The translations under genes and the position numbers were made by a program. A DNA stretch of 64,000 nucleotides, from positions 3,854 through 67,853 of the forward strand of contig JAUYMS010000028.1 in NCBI GenBank assembly GCA_030698625.1. The letters are read 5' to 3'. This document shows positions 9,224 to 18,181 of the stretch, piece after piece. Every line of letters starts with the position of its first letter. Positions within the stretch are counted from its first letter, which is position 1. Origin of the DNA: Candidatus Omnitrophota bacterium (GTDB taxonomy: Bacteria; Omnitrophota; Omnitrophia; Omnitrophales; Aquincolibacteriaceae). Below the pieces are notes generated by a model. It was given only the letters and a program-made list of their open reading frames with translations. It had not been told where the DNA came from and made no database searches.

Positions 9224-10143
9224 GTGAGACTCAGATGCAGACGGGGCGCATGGACTGGGTCCGGGAGTATTTGAAGGAGCTGCCTCATTGCCCGCTGTGC
9301 CATGGCCGTGGCGCAACGCCGTTGCTGGAATTAGGACCCTTGCGAGTTTGGCGCTGCAAAGATTGCAGATTGATGTATTTGAACCCATGTCTTTTTCCCG
9401 ACGAACAGAAAATGATTTTTTCCTCACCCGATTTCCTAACCCGTGTCAGCGAGTTCTTCGCGGATTATTATCAAGGCGAAACTTGGAACACTCCGCGGAC
9501 CCTAGCGGTTTATAACGGCGTGATGCGGGAGTTGGCCTCTTTGTTTCCGGCGAAAGGGAAAATTGTCGACATCGGGTGCGGCCGCGGCGCTTTTTTGAAG
9601 GCGGCGAAGGCCGGCGGGTGGACCGCTAGCGGAGTCGAACCCAACTTTGATGATGCTGAACACTTGCGGCGTGATCATGATATTGAAGTATTCCAAGGCG
9701 ACTTTTTTGAAGCCGCGCTTCCTGAGTCAGGATTCGATGTGGTTTCCATGTGGGATCTCATAGAGCATGTCCCCGAGCCGGGTGATTGGGTAAGGCGCTG
9801 TGCCAAACTACTCAGGCCGGGCGGCGCTCTCTTGCTGGCTACTCCGAATCATTTTAGCTTCTTAGATTTTCTGGCGTTCACGTCGTATCGTCTTAGCTTC
9901 GGAAATTTTTCTTACGCTTTGGAGAAGCTTTATACCGTCGATCATACCCTTTACCTGACACAGCATACCTTAAGGGACCTCTTTGAGCGCTCGGGGTTTA
10001 CCGTAGTTAAGACAATTAAGGTCAATACGGATCTGAGCCGCTATGCGATGGGCCCTTTGTTTCGCGGTATTGCGGAGGGATTGCTGGCGGTTGGCGGCCT
10101 GATGCAGCTTCACAATCGCGTGATAATGATTGCTATTAAATGA
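9220..10143 (+). CDS. Zn-ribbon class I SAM methyltransferase (paralog 1 of 3)
   Basis: N-terminal 'CPLCHG...CKDCRLMYLNP' four-Cys ribbon. SAM motif I 'VDIGCGRGAF'. Start at ATG 9220 (ATGA overlap with asnB). Confidence 0.8.
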   Translation: MSETQMQTGRMDWVREYLKELPHCPLCHGRGATPLLELGPLRVWRCKDCRLMYLNPCLFPDEQKMIFSSPDFLTRVSEFFADYYQGETWNTPRTLAVYNGVMRELASLFPAKGKIVDIGCGRGAFLKAAKAGGWTASGVEPNFDDAEHLRRDHDIEVFQGDFFEAALPESGFDVVSMWDLIEHVPEPGDWVRRCAKLLRPGGALLLATPNHFSFLDFLAFTSYRLSFGNFSYALEKLYTVDHTLYLTQHTLRDLFERSGFTVVKTIKVNTDLSRYAMGPLFRGIAEGLLAVGGLMQLHNRVIMIAIK

Positions 10144-10164
10144 TCAGTTTTCGGTCGGGTGAGG

Positions 10165-10193
10165 TTGACTTTTTTTCAGCCCGCTGTTAGAGT
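10165..10193 (+). promoter_or_regulatory. Sigma70-like promoter TTGACT-N17-TAGAGT
   Basis: Read in the 59-bp gap 10144..10202 upstream of the epimerase gene. Confidence 0.4.
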
Positions 10194-10202
10194 GTTGCCC
10201 TT

Positions 10203-11231
10203 ATGCCCCAACAATCACAAGCCAATCAGCAGACTTTAACCCCCGAACAGACCTACTTCACAGGCAAGCAGATCCTTGTAACCGGAGGCGCTGGGTTCCT
10301 GGGTAGTTTTCTATCTGAGGATCTTGTTGCCTGCGGTGCCAAAGTCACGATTTTTGACCGCTTCACTCACGGGCGAAGCCGTGTGCGGGGTCTCGAGAGC
10401 CATGAGTCGGTGGAGGTCATTCAGGGCAATGTGCAAAATTACAAAGAGCTTGTGCGTGCCGTTCGGGGTAAGGACTTAATCTGGCATTTGGCGGGTAACA
10501 CGGATATTCCTGCGGGACTTCGCGACACGAGTCTTGATCTGAAGGACGGCATCATTGCGACGCAAAATGTGCTGGAGGCCATGCGTGAGGCCGGTGTGAT
10601 GAAACTAGCTTTTCCTTCCTCGGGTGCCATCTACGGAGAACAGACATCCGGATTGCGCCGTGAAGATAAGGGCCCGACCCTCCCGATATCCCTTTACGGT
10701 GCGGGCAAGGTTTCCTGCGAAGCGTTTATAAGCGCTTATGCGCACTTATTTGATATTCAAGCATGGATCTTCCGCTTCGGCAATGTTATCAGCGGACGCA
10801 TTACGCACGGCGCTATCCGTGATTTTATCCGTAAGCTGCGTGCGAATCCGAAAGAGCTGGAAGTTCTTGGTGACGGGACTCAGACGAAGAGCTATCTCCT
10901 GGCGGAGGAATGTATCGAGGGTATGCGTTATACCATAGCGCACACAAACATTGAGGACGGCGCGGGCTTCTGCCACCTCTACAATCTCGGTGCTCCCGAC
11001 GAAACGGCTGTGCTCGACATTGCAAAGATCGTTATCGGGGAAATGGGCCTGCCGGGCTGCACGATCAAACTGAAGGGCGGAGAGCGCGGGTGGAGAGGCG
11101 ATCAAGCCAAGATTGCGCTCGACATCTCAAAGCTCCGCGCTTTCGGATGGGAACCCAAACACTCCTCCGATGATGCCGTGCGGATTTCCGTACGCCGGAT
11201 GATTGAGCAGAAGGGGATTGAGGATGAATAA
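10203..11231 (+). CDS. NAD-dependent sugar epimerase/dehydratase (extended SDR)
   Basis: 'ILVTGGAGFLGSFL' motif and YxxxK 'YGAGK'. Confidence 0.8.
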   Translation: MPQQSQANQQTLTPEQTYFTGKQILVTGGAGFLGSFLSEDLVACGAKVTIFDRFTHGRSRVRGLESHESVEVIQGNVQNYKELVRAVRGKDLIWHLAGNTDIPAGLRDTSLDLKDGIIATQNVLEAMREAGVMKLAFPSSGAIYGEQTSGLRREDKGPTLPISLYGAGKVSCEAFISAYAHLFDIQAWIFRFGNVISGRITHGAIRDFIRKLRANPKELEVLGDGTQTKSYLLAEECIEGMRYTIAHTNIEDGAGFCHLYNLGAPDETAVLDIAKIVIGEMGLPGCTIKLKGGERGWRGDQAKIALDISKLRAFGWEPKHSSDDAVRISVRRMIEQKGIEDE

Positions 11232-12543
11232 GGTCTGTGTCGCAGGTCTGTGGCATTTGGGGCTCGTAAGCGCGGCGACGCTCGCGGAGCTGGGTTTTCG
11301 TGTGACAGGCTTCGAGGCCGATACTCCGAAAATTGAGAATTTGCGTCAGGGAAAGCTCCCGCTTTATGAGCCCGGGTTGGAGGAGCTCGTCAGCGCTCAC
11401 CTTAAGAAGTCTTCGCTCCAGTTCGAAGATGACCCTGTCCGGGCCGTGAGCCAGGCGCAGGTCGTACTGATTACCTTTGATACTCCGGTTGATGACGAAG
11501 ACCGCGTGGACCTATCTGAGTTAGACAGCACCATCACACTAATCACGCCGCATCTGGATAAGAATGCGGTTGTGATTATTCATAGTCAGGTTCCCGTCGG
11601 TACGTCCGAGCGATGGCAAGTTGAGATCGACACAAAACGCCCCGGGGCGAGTATTGACGTCGTGTGTAGTCCCGAAAATTTGAGGTTGGGATGCGCCTTG
11701 GAACTTTACAAGAAGCCCGACATGATTGTCGTGGGAAGTGATTCGGAGCGCGCTCGAAAGAAGGCTGCGACATTCTTCGCTTTTTTTGATGCTCAAAAGA
11801 TTTATGTTTCACGGCGTACGGCTGAAATGGCTAAGCATGCCCTGAATGTTTTTTTTGCGACGAGTATCAGTTTTGCCAATCAGCTCGGAAACCTGTGCGA
11901 TCAAGTGGGCGCTGACGGCATGGAGATCGCGAGGATCTTGAAAGCAGACGGCCGTATCGGAAAACGGGCACAGGTAAGGCCGGGGCTGGGATTTGCCGGG
12001 GCTACCCTTGCGCGGGACCTTCGAGCCTTGCAGCGCTTGGGACATGAGGTCGGCGAGCCAACGCCGTTGATTGATGCGGTTCTTGACATTAACCAGCGCC
12101 AGACAGAGCGTGTGGTCCGGCTGATAGCACAGTATTTTGAAGGGGATATGCGGGGGAAGGTGGTCACGGTTCTGGGCTTAACGTACAAGCCGGGGACCAG
12201 TACGTTGAGGCGTTCTGCGGCACTCGAAATTATCCAGAAATTGCAGAACTTGGGAGCCGAAGTGCGGGCTCACGATCCGAAGGCTGACATTGGCGAGTAC
12301 TCGGGTAAGGTCCCTTTTGAATTTATCCGGGATCCCTATGAAGCGGTAGCCGGCGCTCATGCAATCTTGCTCACGACGGAATGGCCGGAGTATCGAGATC
12401 TCGACTTCGCAAAGATTCGCGAACGCATGAGCGGGGCTGTGATTCTTGATGCAAAAAACCATCTGGATGCAAAAAAAATCCGTGAGAAGGGTTTCGTCTA
12501 CCTGGAACTAGGGCGAGGGCAGTTAGCCGGGGAGAAAGTATGA
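11224..12543 (+). CDS. UDP-sugar 6-dehydrogenase, UDP-glucose/GDP-mannose dehydrogenase family
   Basis: N-terminal 'KVCVAGLWHLGLVSAATLAELGF' Rossmann fold. Central and C-terminal dehydrogenase domains. Start at ATG 11224. Confidence 0.8.
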   Translation: MNKVCVAGLWHLGLVSAATLAELGFRVTGFEADTPKIENLRQGKLPLYEPGLEELVSAHLKKSSLQFEDDPVRAVSQAQVVLITFDTPVDDEDRVDLSELDSTITLITPHLDKNAVVIIHSQVPVGTSERWQVEIDTKRPGASIDVVCSPENLRLGCALELYKKPDMIVVGSDSERARKKAATFFAFFDAQKIYVSRRTAEMAKHALNVFFATSISFANQLGNLCDQVGADGMEIARILKADGRIGKRAQVRPGLGFAGATLARDLRALQRLGHEVGEPTPLIDAVLDINQRQTERVVRLIAQYFEGDMRGKVVTVLGLTYKPGTSTLRRSAALEIIQKLQNLGAEVRAHDPKADIGEYSGKVPFEFIRDPYEAVAGAHAILLTTEWPEYRDLDFAKIRERMSGAVILDAKNHLDAKKIREKGFVYLELGRGQLAGEKV

Positions 12544-13559
12544 TGAGGGTCGGAATTGTCGGAGCGGGATTGCAGACCAAACGCCGTGCGCCGGTGTTTT
12601 CTCAGTCGAAAGACGCGGAGCTTGTGGTTATCTCAGCGGAGCATGAAGAGCACGCGAAGGCCATGGCGGAACAATTTAATTGCGAGTTTGCGCGGGGATG
12701 GGATTGGGTGGGCGAACGCGACGATTTGGATGTGATCCTAGTGTGCACGCCTCCCGATTTACATGAGAAAATCTCGATATTGGCGATGCGCACGGGCAAG
12801 CACGTGCTGTGTGAAAAGCCGCTTGCGCGCACGTTGGAAGAATGCCGGAACATGATAGCCGTCTCGAAGGAGACGGGCAAGGTGTTGAAATGTGGTTTTA
12901 ACCACCGCCATCACCCTGCCGTCTTAGAAGCCAAGCGGCAAGTTGATGCGGGCAAGATCGGCAAGCCGCTTTTTGCGCGAAGCCGCTACGGGATTATCGG
13001 TATGCCGGGCCGCGAGAAGGAATGGCGTGCGGATCCGGCGCGTGCCAGCGGCGGCCATCTGATGGAGCAGGGGATTCACGCGGTGGATTTGTCCCGGTGG
13101 TTCCTCGGAGATTTCCAGGAAGTGGCCTGTTTTCGGGAGACTCAGTATTGGTCCTTCGGTGACCTCGAAGACAACGCTTTCATGATGCTGAGAGGAAACG
13201 AGGGGCGCATGGCGTCGATCCATACTTCGCTCCTGCAATGGAAGAATCTGTTTTCCCTCGAGATCTACGGCGAAGAAGGGTATTTTGAGATCGAGGGGCT
13301 TGGGGGCTCTTATGGCACCGAAAAACTGCACTATTGTCCGAAGCACTATGACAGGCCCTTTGAGGTGCAGACGACCGAGTTCCGCGGAGGAGATACGTCG
13401 TGGCAGTTGGAGTGGGACGAATTTGTTGCCGCCATCAACGAAGATCGTGAACCCTTAGGGAGCGCGTTTGACGGGATGGAGGCGATGCGTCTTGTTTTTG
13501 AAGGTTATCGCTTTTCGGATGAACAGTCAGCGCGTCGGTCGGCGAACCCTGTTAGCTAG
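12540..13559 (+). CDS. Gfo/Idh/MocA-family oxidoreductase, WbpB-like candidate UDP-sugar 3-dehydrogenase
   Basis: 'MRVGIVGAGLQ' N-terminal Rossmann fold and conserved 'EKP' motif 'HVLCEKPLA'. Confidence 0.75.
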   Translation: MMRVGIVGAGLQTKRRAPVFSQSKDAELVVISAEHEEHAKAMAEQFNCEFARGWDWVGERDDLDVILVCTPPDLHEKISILAMRTGKHVLCEKPLARTLEECRNMIAVSKETGKVLKCGFNHRHHPAVLEAKRQVDAGKIGKPLFARSRYGIIGMPGREKEWRADPARASGGHLMEQGIHAVDLSRWFLGDFQEVACFRETQYWSFGDLEDNAFMMLRGNEGRMASIHTSLLQWKNLFSLEIYGEEGYFEIEGLGGSYGTEKLHYCPKHYDRPFEVQTTEFRGGDTSWQLEWDEFVAAINEDREPLGSAFDGMEAMRLVFEGYRFSDEQSARRSANPVS

Positions 13560-14168
13560 TCTTCTCTTTTCAATTGCGGCGATCTTCCGAGCCGCCTCCC
13601 AAAGATCCTTCACGATGTAGTCGGGTTTTGCGCCTTTTTTTTCCATGAGCCTCAACCAATCCAACTTAACTTGACCGACTAATAGGGTCGTGCAGCCGGC
13701 TCGCTTTCCTGCCTGGATATCATTGATGCCGTCCCCAACCATATAGGAAGTCCTTAGGTCGATATTAAGATCGCGTGCCGCTTGTTTCAAAAGCCCCGGT
13801 TTAGGTTTGCGGCAGGGGCAATTCCTACGCAGGCGCCCATAACCTTTGGTAGGATGACAGACGCAGTAATAGATTCCGTCGAGGGCGGCCCCCTCTTTCT
13901 TGAGCAGTCGCACCATCTTTCGGGTGATATCGTTCAAGGCTTTTTCGGTGAAATGCCGCATGGCCAATCCGGGTTGGTTTGAGGCGATGACGGCCTTTAG
14001 ACCGATACAGTTTAGTCGCCGTACGGCTTTAGCTGCGTGCGGCAGGAGCCGGAATTGTTTTGCGGTGAAGGGTGTCTCTATGATTCCCATCTCTTCATGG
14101 AAGATAATATCGTTGATGACGCCGTCACGATCGAGAAAAACCGCACTCGACTTCTGGTTAACTGACAT
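13527..14168 (-). CDS. gmhB: D-glycero-D-manno-heptose 1,7-bisphosphate phosphatase (HAD, histidinol-phosphatase-like)
   Basis: 'VFLDRDGVIN' HAD motif I. Zn-binding 'CVCHP..CPCRKPKPG' typical of GmhB. Start chosen at the internal Met (MSVNQKS). Confidence 0.75.
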   Translation of the reverse strand: MSVNQKSSAVFLDRDGVINDIIFHEEMGIIETPFTAKQFRLLPHAAKAVRRLNCIGLKAVIASNQPGLAMRHFTEKALNDITRKMVRLLKKEGAALDGIYYCVCHPTKGYGRLRRNCPCRKPKPGLLKQAARDLNIDLRTSYMVGDGINDIQAGKRAGCTTLLVGQVKLDWLRLMEKKGAKPDYIVKDLWEAARKIAAIEKRRLANRVRRPTR

Positions 14169-14880
14169 GCGTTCTCCTGCTCGTGCGCAGAAGCTTCTCC
14201 CGCACATTGGCAAGTCCGTCGGGTGTGCCGACGTCGAGAGGAGGTTCGGCGATCGGGTAGGCCTGCAGGCCGCCCTCTGCGGCAATTTTCGCGAGTACAT
14301 CGACTTCGAGCGAAAACTTCACGTCGGATTCGAAATAGTCAAACAGGGCCTTCGAGAACAGCTTGATCCCGCTATCGACATAATCCTTGCCGGCCGGGTT
14401 TATATAATCGTAGGCCTCAATGATGCGGCGATCCTCGGACAATTTTACATTGCTGCGAAATAAGGGCGGCGAGTTCCTCCAGCATGCGAGCAAGCCGATA
14501 AAACGAGACGCATCAAACCGGTCATCAAAATCGCGGTAATCAAGTGTGAGATAATTATCACCGCTGACGACAAAGAATCGGTCATGTAAAAGCCCTCGTG
14601 CCTGCTTGATTGCCCCGCCGGTGCCGAGCAGCTCCTTTTCAAAGGAATATTGAATCTTATAGCCCCACGCTGATCCGTCAGCAAAATACTCTTGGATTTT
14701 GTCGGCTCGGTGGCCGACGCATAGCACGAAATTCTTTATGCCGTAACTGCCTAAATGATCAAGCAGCCACTCGAGAAAAGGCTTATCGCCGACGGGCACC
14801 ATAGGTTTCGGCAGGTCCCGGGTAATGTCGCCGAGTCGGGTACCCAATCCGCCGGCTAAGATTAAGGCTTGCTCAGTCAC
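14158..14880 (-). CDS. hddC: D-glycero-alpha-D-manno-heptose 1-phosphate guanylyltransferase-like sugar nucleotidyltransferase
   Basis: 'LILAGGLGTRLGDITRDLPKPMVPV' nucleotidyltransferase signature. Sits in an operon with gmhA, gmhB and hddA. Confidence 0.7.
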   Translation of the reverse strand: MTEQALILAGGLGTRLGDITRDLPKPMVPVGDKPFLEWLLDHLGSYGIKNFVLCVGHRADKIQEYFADGSAWGYKIQYSFEKELLGTGGAIKQARGLLHDRFFVVSGDNYLTLDYRDFDDRFDASRFIGLLACWRNSPPLFRSNVKLSEDRRIIEAYDYINPAGKDYVDSGIKLFSKALFDYFESDVKFSLEVDVLAKIAAEGGLQAYPIAEPPLDVGTPDGLANVREKLLRTSRRTHVS

Positions 14881-14883
14881 GTG

Positions 14884-15534
14884 CTAGGCGAGAGTTTTCG
14901 TTCCCTGCCAAGCGTTGAGAAACTCCTGGATGGTCAACTCTGTTTGGGGGTGATAAGCCAGGGCAGGGAAGAATTTGTAGGGAACTGTGATAATGTCGGC
15001 GCCCGCCAAGGCGGCGTCATTAATCTGGGTGAGCAGGCGGATGCTCCCCACGATAATTTTGGTGGTGAAATTACTTTGTTTGAACAGCTGTGCCGACTGA
15101 CGGATGACATCCAACCCGTCATGGCCCAGATCCGAGATGCGGGAATAGAAGATGCTTGCATAAGTTGCACCCGCACTGGCCGCCAACATCGCCTGATTGA
15201 CTGTCATGATGGCCGTGACATTTGTCTTGATTCCCTTATTCTTGAGAACGCTTGCAGCTTCAAGGCCGGCTGGCGACATCGGCAGCTTGACGACAATGTG
15301 TTTGCTCCACGCCGCAAGCTTCTGGGCTTCGATAATCATTTCGGCGGGGTCATTGGTCGTCACTTCAACGCTCAGAGGTCCGGAGACGATCTCAAGAATC
15401 TCCTCGACACGCGTGCGCAGATCAACACCCTCCTTGGCGAAGATCTTGGGGTTGGTGGTCACGCCGCGTATAACACCCCAGCGTGCGATTTCGCGTATCT
15501 CGTCAATATTGGCCGTATCGATAAAAAGTTCCAT
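14884..15534 (-). CDS. tal: Transaldolase / fructose-6-phosphate aldolase family (short type)
   Basis: 'MELFIDTANIDEIREI..GVTTNP' motif. About 216 aa, matching short transaldolases. Confidence 0.8.
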   Translation of the reverse strand: MELFIDTANIDEIREIARWGVIRGVTTNPKIFAKEGVDLRTRVEEILEIVSGPLSVEVTTNDPAEMIIEAQKLAAWSKHIVVKLPMSPAGLEAASVLKNKGIKTNVTAIMTVNQAMLAASAGATYASIFYSRISDLGHDGLDVIRQSAQLFKQSNFTTKIIVGSIRLLTQINDAALAGADIITVPYKFFPALAYHPQTELTIQEFLNAWQGTKTLA

Positions 15535-15552
15535 GGGTCTCTCCTTTAGGGG

Positions 15553-16194
15553 TTATGCCGAGGCGCAGGTGGTGATTCGCGATTCGGCTCCCTCGGTGGA
15601 TGCGATTTTCTCGATCAGACGGTTACAGACCAAATGACCGAGGGCCAAGTGAAAACTTTCGACATGCTGAGTGTTATGAAAGGGGACGGTAACGCAGATG
15701 TCGCAGATTTCCTTCATGACACCTCCGTCGTAGCCGCTAAAGCCGATGGTTTTCACGCCGTGTTCCTTGGCGATGAGATAAGCTTTCAGAAGATTCTGCG
15801 ACCACATGCCTGCTTTGTCTTTGCCGGAGCCGCCGTGCGCACTGAAGCCGACGAGTGTGTCGCCGGGCTCGATAAAATTGAGCATTTGTTCGGAGTAGAG
15901 ATTGTCGAATCCGTTATCGTTGACGAGCGCCGTCGTTAGAGCCATGTTGTCGGTCAAGCCGATGACCTTGAATCTCTTCTTGCCGGGCAGGGCTGTGCAC
16001 TTGCCGAAATCATTAACGAGATGCGAAGCGGTCGAACCGGAGCCGCCATTTCCCATCAGGTACATGCGTTTACCGTTTGCCCAGGTTCCGTAGACAGCGT
16101 CGATGATCTGATCGATCTTGTCACGGTCGAGGGTGTCGACGATGGATTTCATTTCACTCAAATATTGATCGATGTAATCACGGTTTGTTTTCAC
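15553..16194 (-). CDS. gmhA: SIS-domain sedoheptulose-7-phosphate isomerase (copy 1)
   Basis: 'MYLMGNGGSGSTASH' SIS motif. Length 213 aa. Confidence 0.8.
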   Translation of the reverse strand: MKTNRDYIDQYLSEMKSIVDTLDRDKIDQIIDAVYGTWANGKRMYLMGNGGSGSTASHLVNDFGKCTALPGKKRFKVIGLTDNMALTTALVNDNGFDNLYSEQMLNFIEPGDTLVGFSAHGGSGKDKAGMWSQNLLKAYLIAKEHGVKTIGFSGYDGGVMKEICDICVTVPFHNTQHVESFHLALGHLVCNRLIEKIASTEGAESRITTCASA

Positions 16195-16226
16195 TCGGTT
16201 TCTCCTTTAATTTACGCCTACTGGTT

Positions 16227-17252
16227 CTAGACCAGAGCCGCTTTGGTATGTTTGTTCCGGATTCCGTCATCGACGAGTACCGTCGTGCCGGTAAAATCAA
16301 ATGAGAACTTGAGTTCTTCCAGTTCCTCGGCGGCCATAGCTTCGCGCAATCTCTGCCGGTTGACCGGGTCGGAAGAGTGAAGCATGAGATATCCGCCGCC
16401 GCCGGCGCCTATGATCTTGCCCGCACTCGCACCGTTGTCCAGGGCCGTTTCGTAGAGGCGGTGAATACGTCCGTTTGAAACCATGTCGGAAAGCTTCTGT
16501 TTTGCTTCCCAATGCTCGCGCAGGAAATCGGCATAGCGGTCAATCTCTCCTGTGCGAAGAATCTCCTCGATCTGGATTCCGAGATTCTTAATTCTGTGAA
16601 GATTGTCCAGCGTCCGGGTTTCTTTTTTTACGCCTCGAACCAGTGCCTGCTGAACCTTGAAGGAGTTTCTTTTGATGCCGGTATAGAAGAGAAGGATGTC
16701 ATTTTCGAGGCGATCGATGGATTCGTGCGAAATTTGAACGGGGCTCACAACAACGCCGCCGCCCGGCTCAAAGACCATGCGTGAGATTCCGCCGAAAGCC
16801 GCAATGTACTGATCCTGCTTGCCGCCGGCTTCGGCCAGAATTTCGCGCTCAATGCGACATGCCATGTGTGCAATCTCGTATTGGGTCATGCGCAGACCCT
16901 TGTGGGCCGCCAATGCCGCGATGAGACCGACCGTAAAACTGCTCGAACTGCCAAGTCCCGTGTCCGAGGGGACATCGGCAAAAGAAATAATTTCGATGCC
17001 TGTATCCTTGATGCGGAACAGTTTCATGGCTTCTCGGACTACCGGATGCTGAACTTCATCGGCCGTGTTGACGATTTCGCGCTTGGAGTAACAAATGCGG
17101 ATACTCTTATCAAAACTGCTGTGGATGACAATATAGATATACTGATCTAGTGCCGCGCTTACGACGTAGCCGCCGAACTGCTCGTAATATTCCTTTACGT
17201 CAGTACCGCCGCCGCCGAGACAAATCCGGAGTGGTGTACGAGTGATGATCAT
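16227..17252 (-). CDS. hddA: GHMP kinase, D-glycero-alpha-D-manno-heptose 7-phosphate kinase-like
   Basis: GHMP motif 'PSDTGLGSSSSF'. Start chosen at the internal ATG (MIITRTPLRI). Confidence 0.7.
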   Translation of the reverse strand: MIITRTPLRICLGGGGTDVKEYYEQFGGYVVSAALDQYIYIVIHSSFDKSIRICYSKREIVNTADEVQHPVVREAMKLFRIKDTGIEIISFADVPSDTGLGSSSSFTVGLIAALAAHKGLRMTQYEIAHMACRIEREILAEAGGKQDQYIAAFGGISRMVFEPGGGVVVSPVQISHESIDRLENDILLFYTGIKRNSFKVQQALVRGVKKETRTLDNLHRIKNLGIQIEEILRTGEIDRYADFLREHWEAKQKLSDMVSNGRIHRLYETALDNGASAGKIIGAGGGGYLMLHSSDPVNRQRLREAMAAEELEELKFSFDFTGTTVLVDDGIRNKHTKAALV

Positions 17253-17401
17253 ATGGCTGGGTATTATATCGGCGCGATTCGGAGGTTGTAAAGCGGTTAT
17301 TTTTGTAATCCATGTAGGCACAATATCTTACGATGATGCTGTAAGTTATTTAAAACAATGCGCTTAGCTCGATATAAAGCTGAATGGCCCCTTAATAAGG
17401 G

Positions 17402-17429
17402 TTGATTCTCGCCTAAATTTCTCTAAAAT
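17402..17429 (+). promoter_or_regulatory. Sigma70-like promoter TTGATT-N16-TAAAAT in the divergent intergenic region
   Basis: Lies in the AT-rich 188-bp divergent gap 17253..17440 between hddA (-) and the GT2 gene (+). Confidence 0.4.
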
Positions 17430-17440
17430 GTGAGCAATCT

Positions 17441-18181
17441 ATGAAGCCCTTTGTCATGCTCCCTACGTATAATGAAAGCGAGAATATCGCTCTTTTAATT
17501 GAGCAGATATTACGCGTATGCCCAAGTTGCCAGATCGTCGTCGTCGATGACGATTCCCCGGATGGGACATGGCGGATTGTGGAAGAGATTCGCGAGAGGG
17601 ATTCCAGGGTGCACCTAGTGCACCGCAAGAGCAATCGCGGCCGCGGTATTTCGGGGATTAAGGGGTTTCTTTATGCCCTCGACCACGGTGCGGATGCGGT
17701 TCTGGAAATGGACGCCGATTTTTCGCATGACCCATCTTATTTGCCGCACTTCTTTTCTTCAATTCAAGAATATGATGTGGTCTCCGGTTCAAGGTTCGTG
17801 CAGGGCGGTCGCGATGCCGACCGGGGATGGCTGCGGCAAAGGATTACCTACTTTGCTAATTTATATATACGTATCGTATTGCGCATTCAGCTTACCGACT
17901 GCAGTTCGGGGTTCCGTTGTTATCGCCGTGAAGTCTTGCAGAATTTGAATCTCCCCTCCATGGTCTCGATTGGCCCGTCGATCGTGCAGGAAATGCTCTT
18001 GCGGGCATGTCAATTGGGATACGATGTTTTGGAAATTCCCATTGAGTTCCGTGACCGCCAGAGGGGAAAGACAAAACTGACCTATCGGCATTTGATCAAC
18101 GGATTTCGGATGGTTTTGAAATTGCGTTTTTCAAAACCGCGGAAAAAACTCAAAGAGGGATCCCCTGAGGTTCCGGTATGA
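17441..18181 (+). CDS. GT2 glycosyltransferase, DPM1-like polyprenyl-phosphate hexose synthase (no TM tail)
   Basis: 'VMLPTYNESENI', 'VVVDDDSPDGT' and 'DADFSHDP' motifs. Length 246 aa. Confidence 0.8.
   Translation: MKPFVMLPTYNESENIALLIEQILRVCPSCQIVVVDDDSPDGTWRIVEEIRERDSRVHLVHRKSNRGRGISGIKGFLYALDHGADAVLEMDADFSHDPSYLPHFFSSIQEYDVVSGSRFVQGGRDADRGWLRQRITYFANLYIRIVLRIQLTDCSSGFRCYRREVLQNLNLPSMVSIGPSIVQEMLLRACQLGYDVLEIPIEFRDRQRGKTKLTYRHLINGFRMVLKLRFSKPRKKLKEGSPEVPV

Noticed and set aside
13782-14463. Plus-strand ORFs 13782..13982 and 13900..14463 inside gmhB and hddC
   Set aside because: Shadow ORFs antisense to genes with strong family signatures, with low-complexity translation.
14869-15549. 226-aa plus-strand ORF opposite the transaldolase gene
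   Set aside because: The transaldolase signature on the minus strand is unambiguous. The + frame translation has no known motif.
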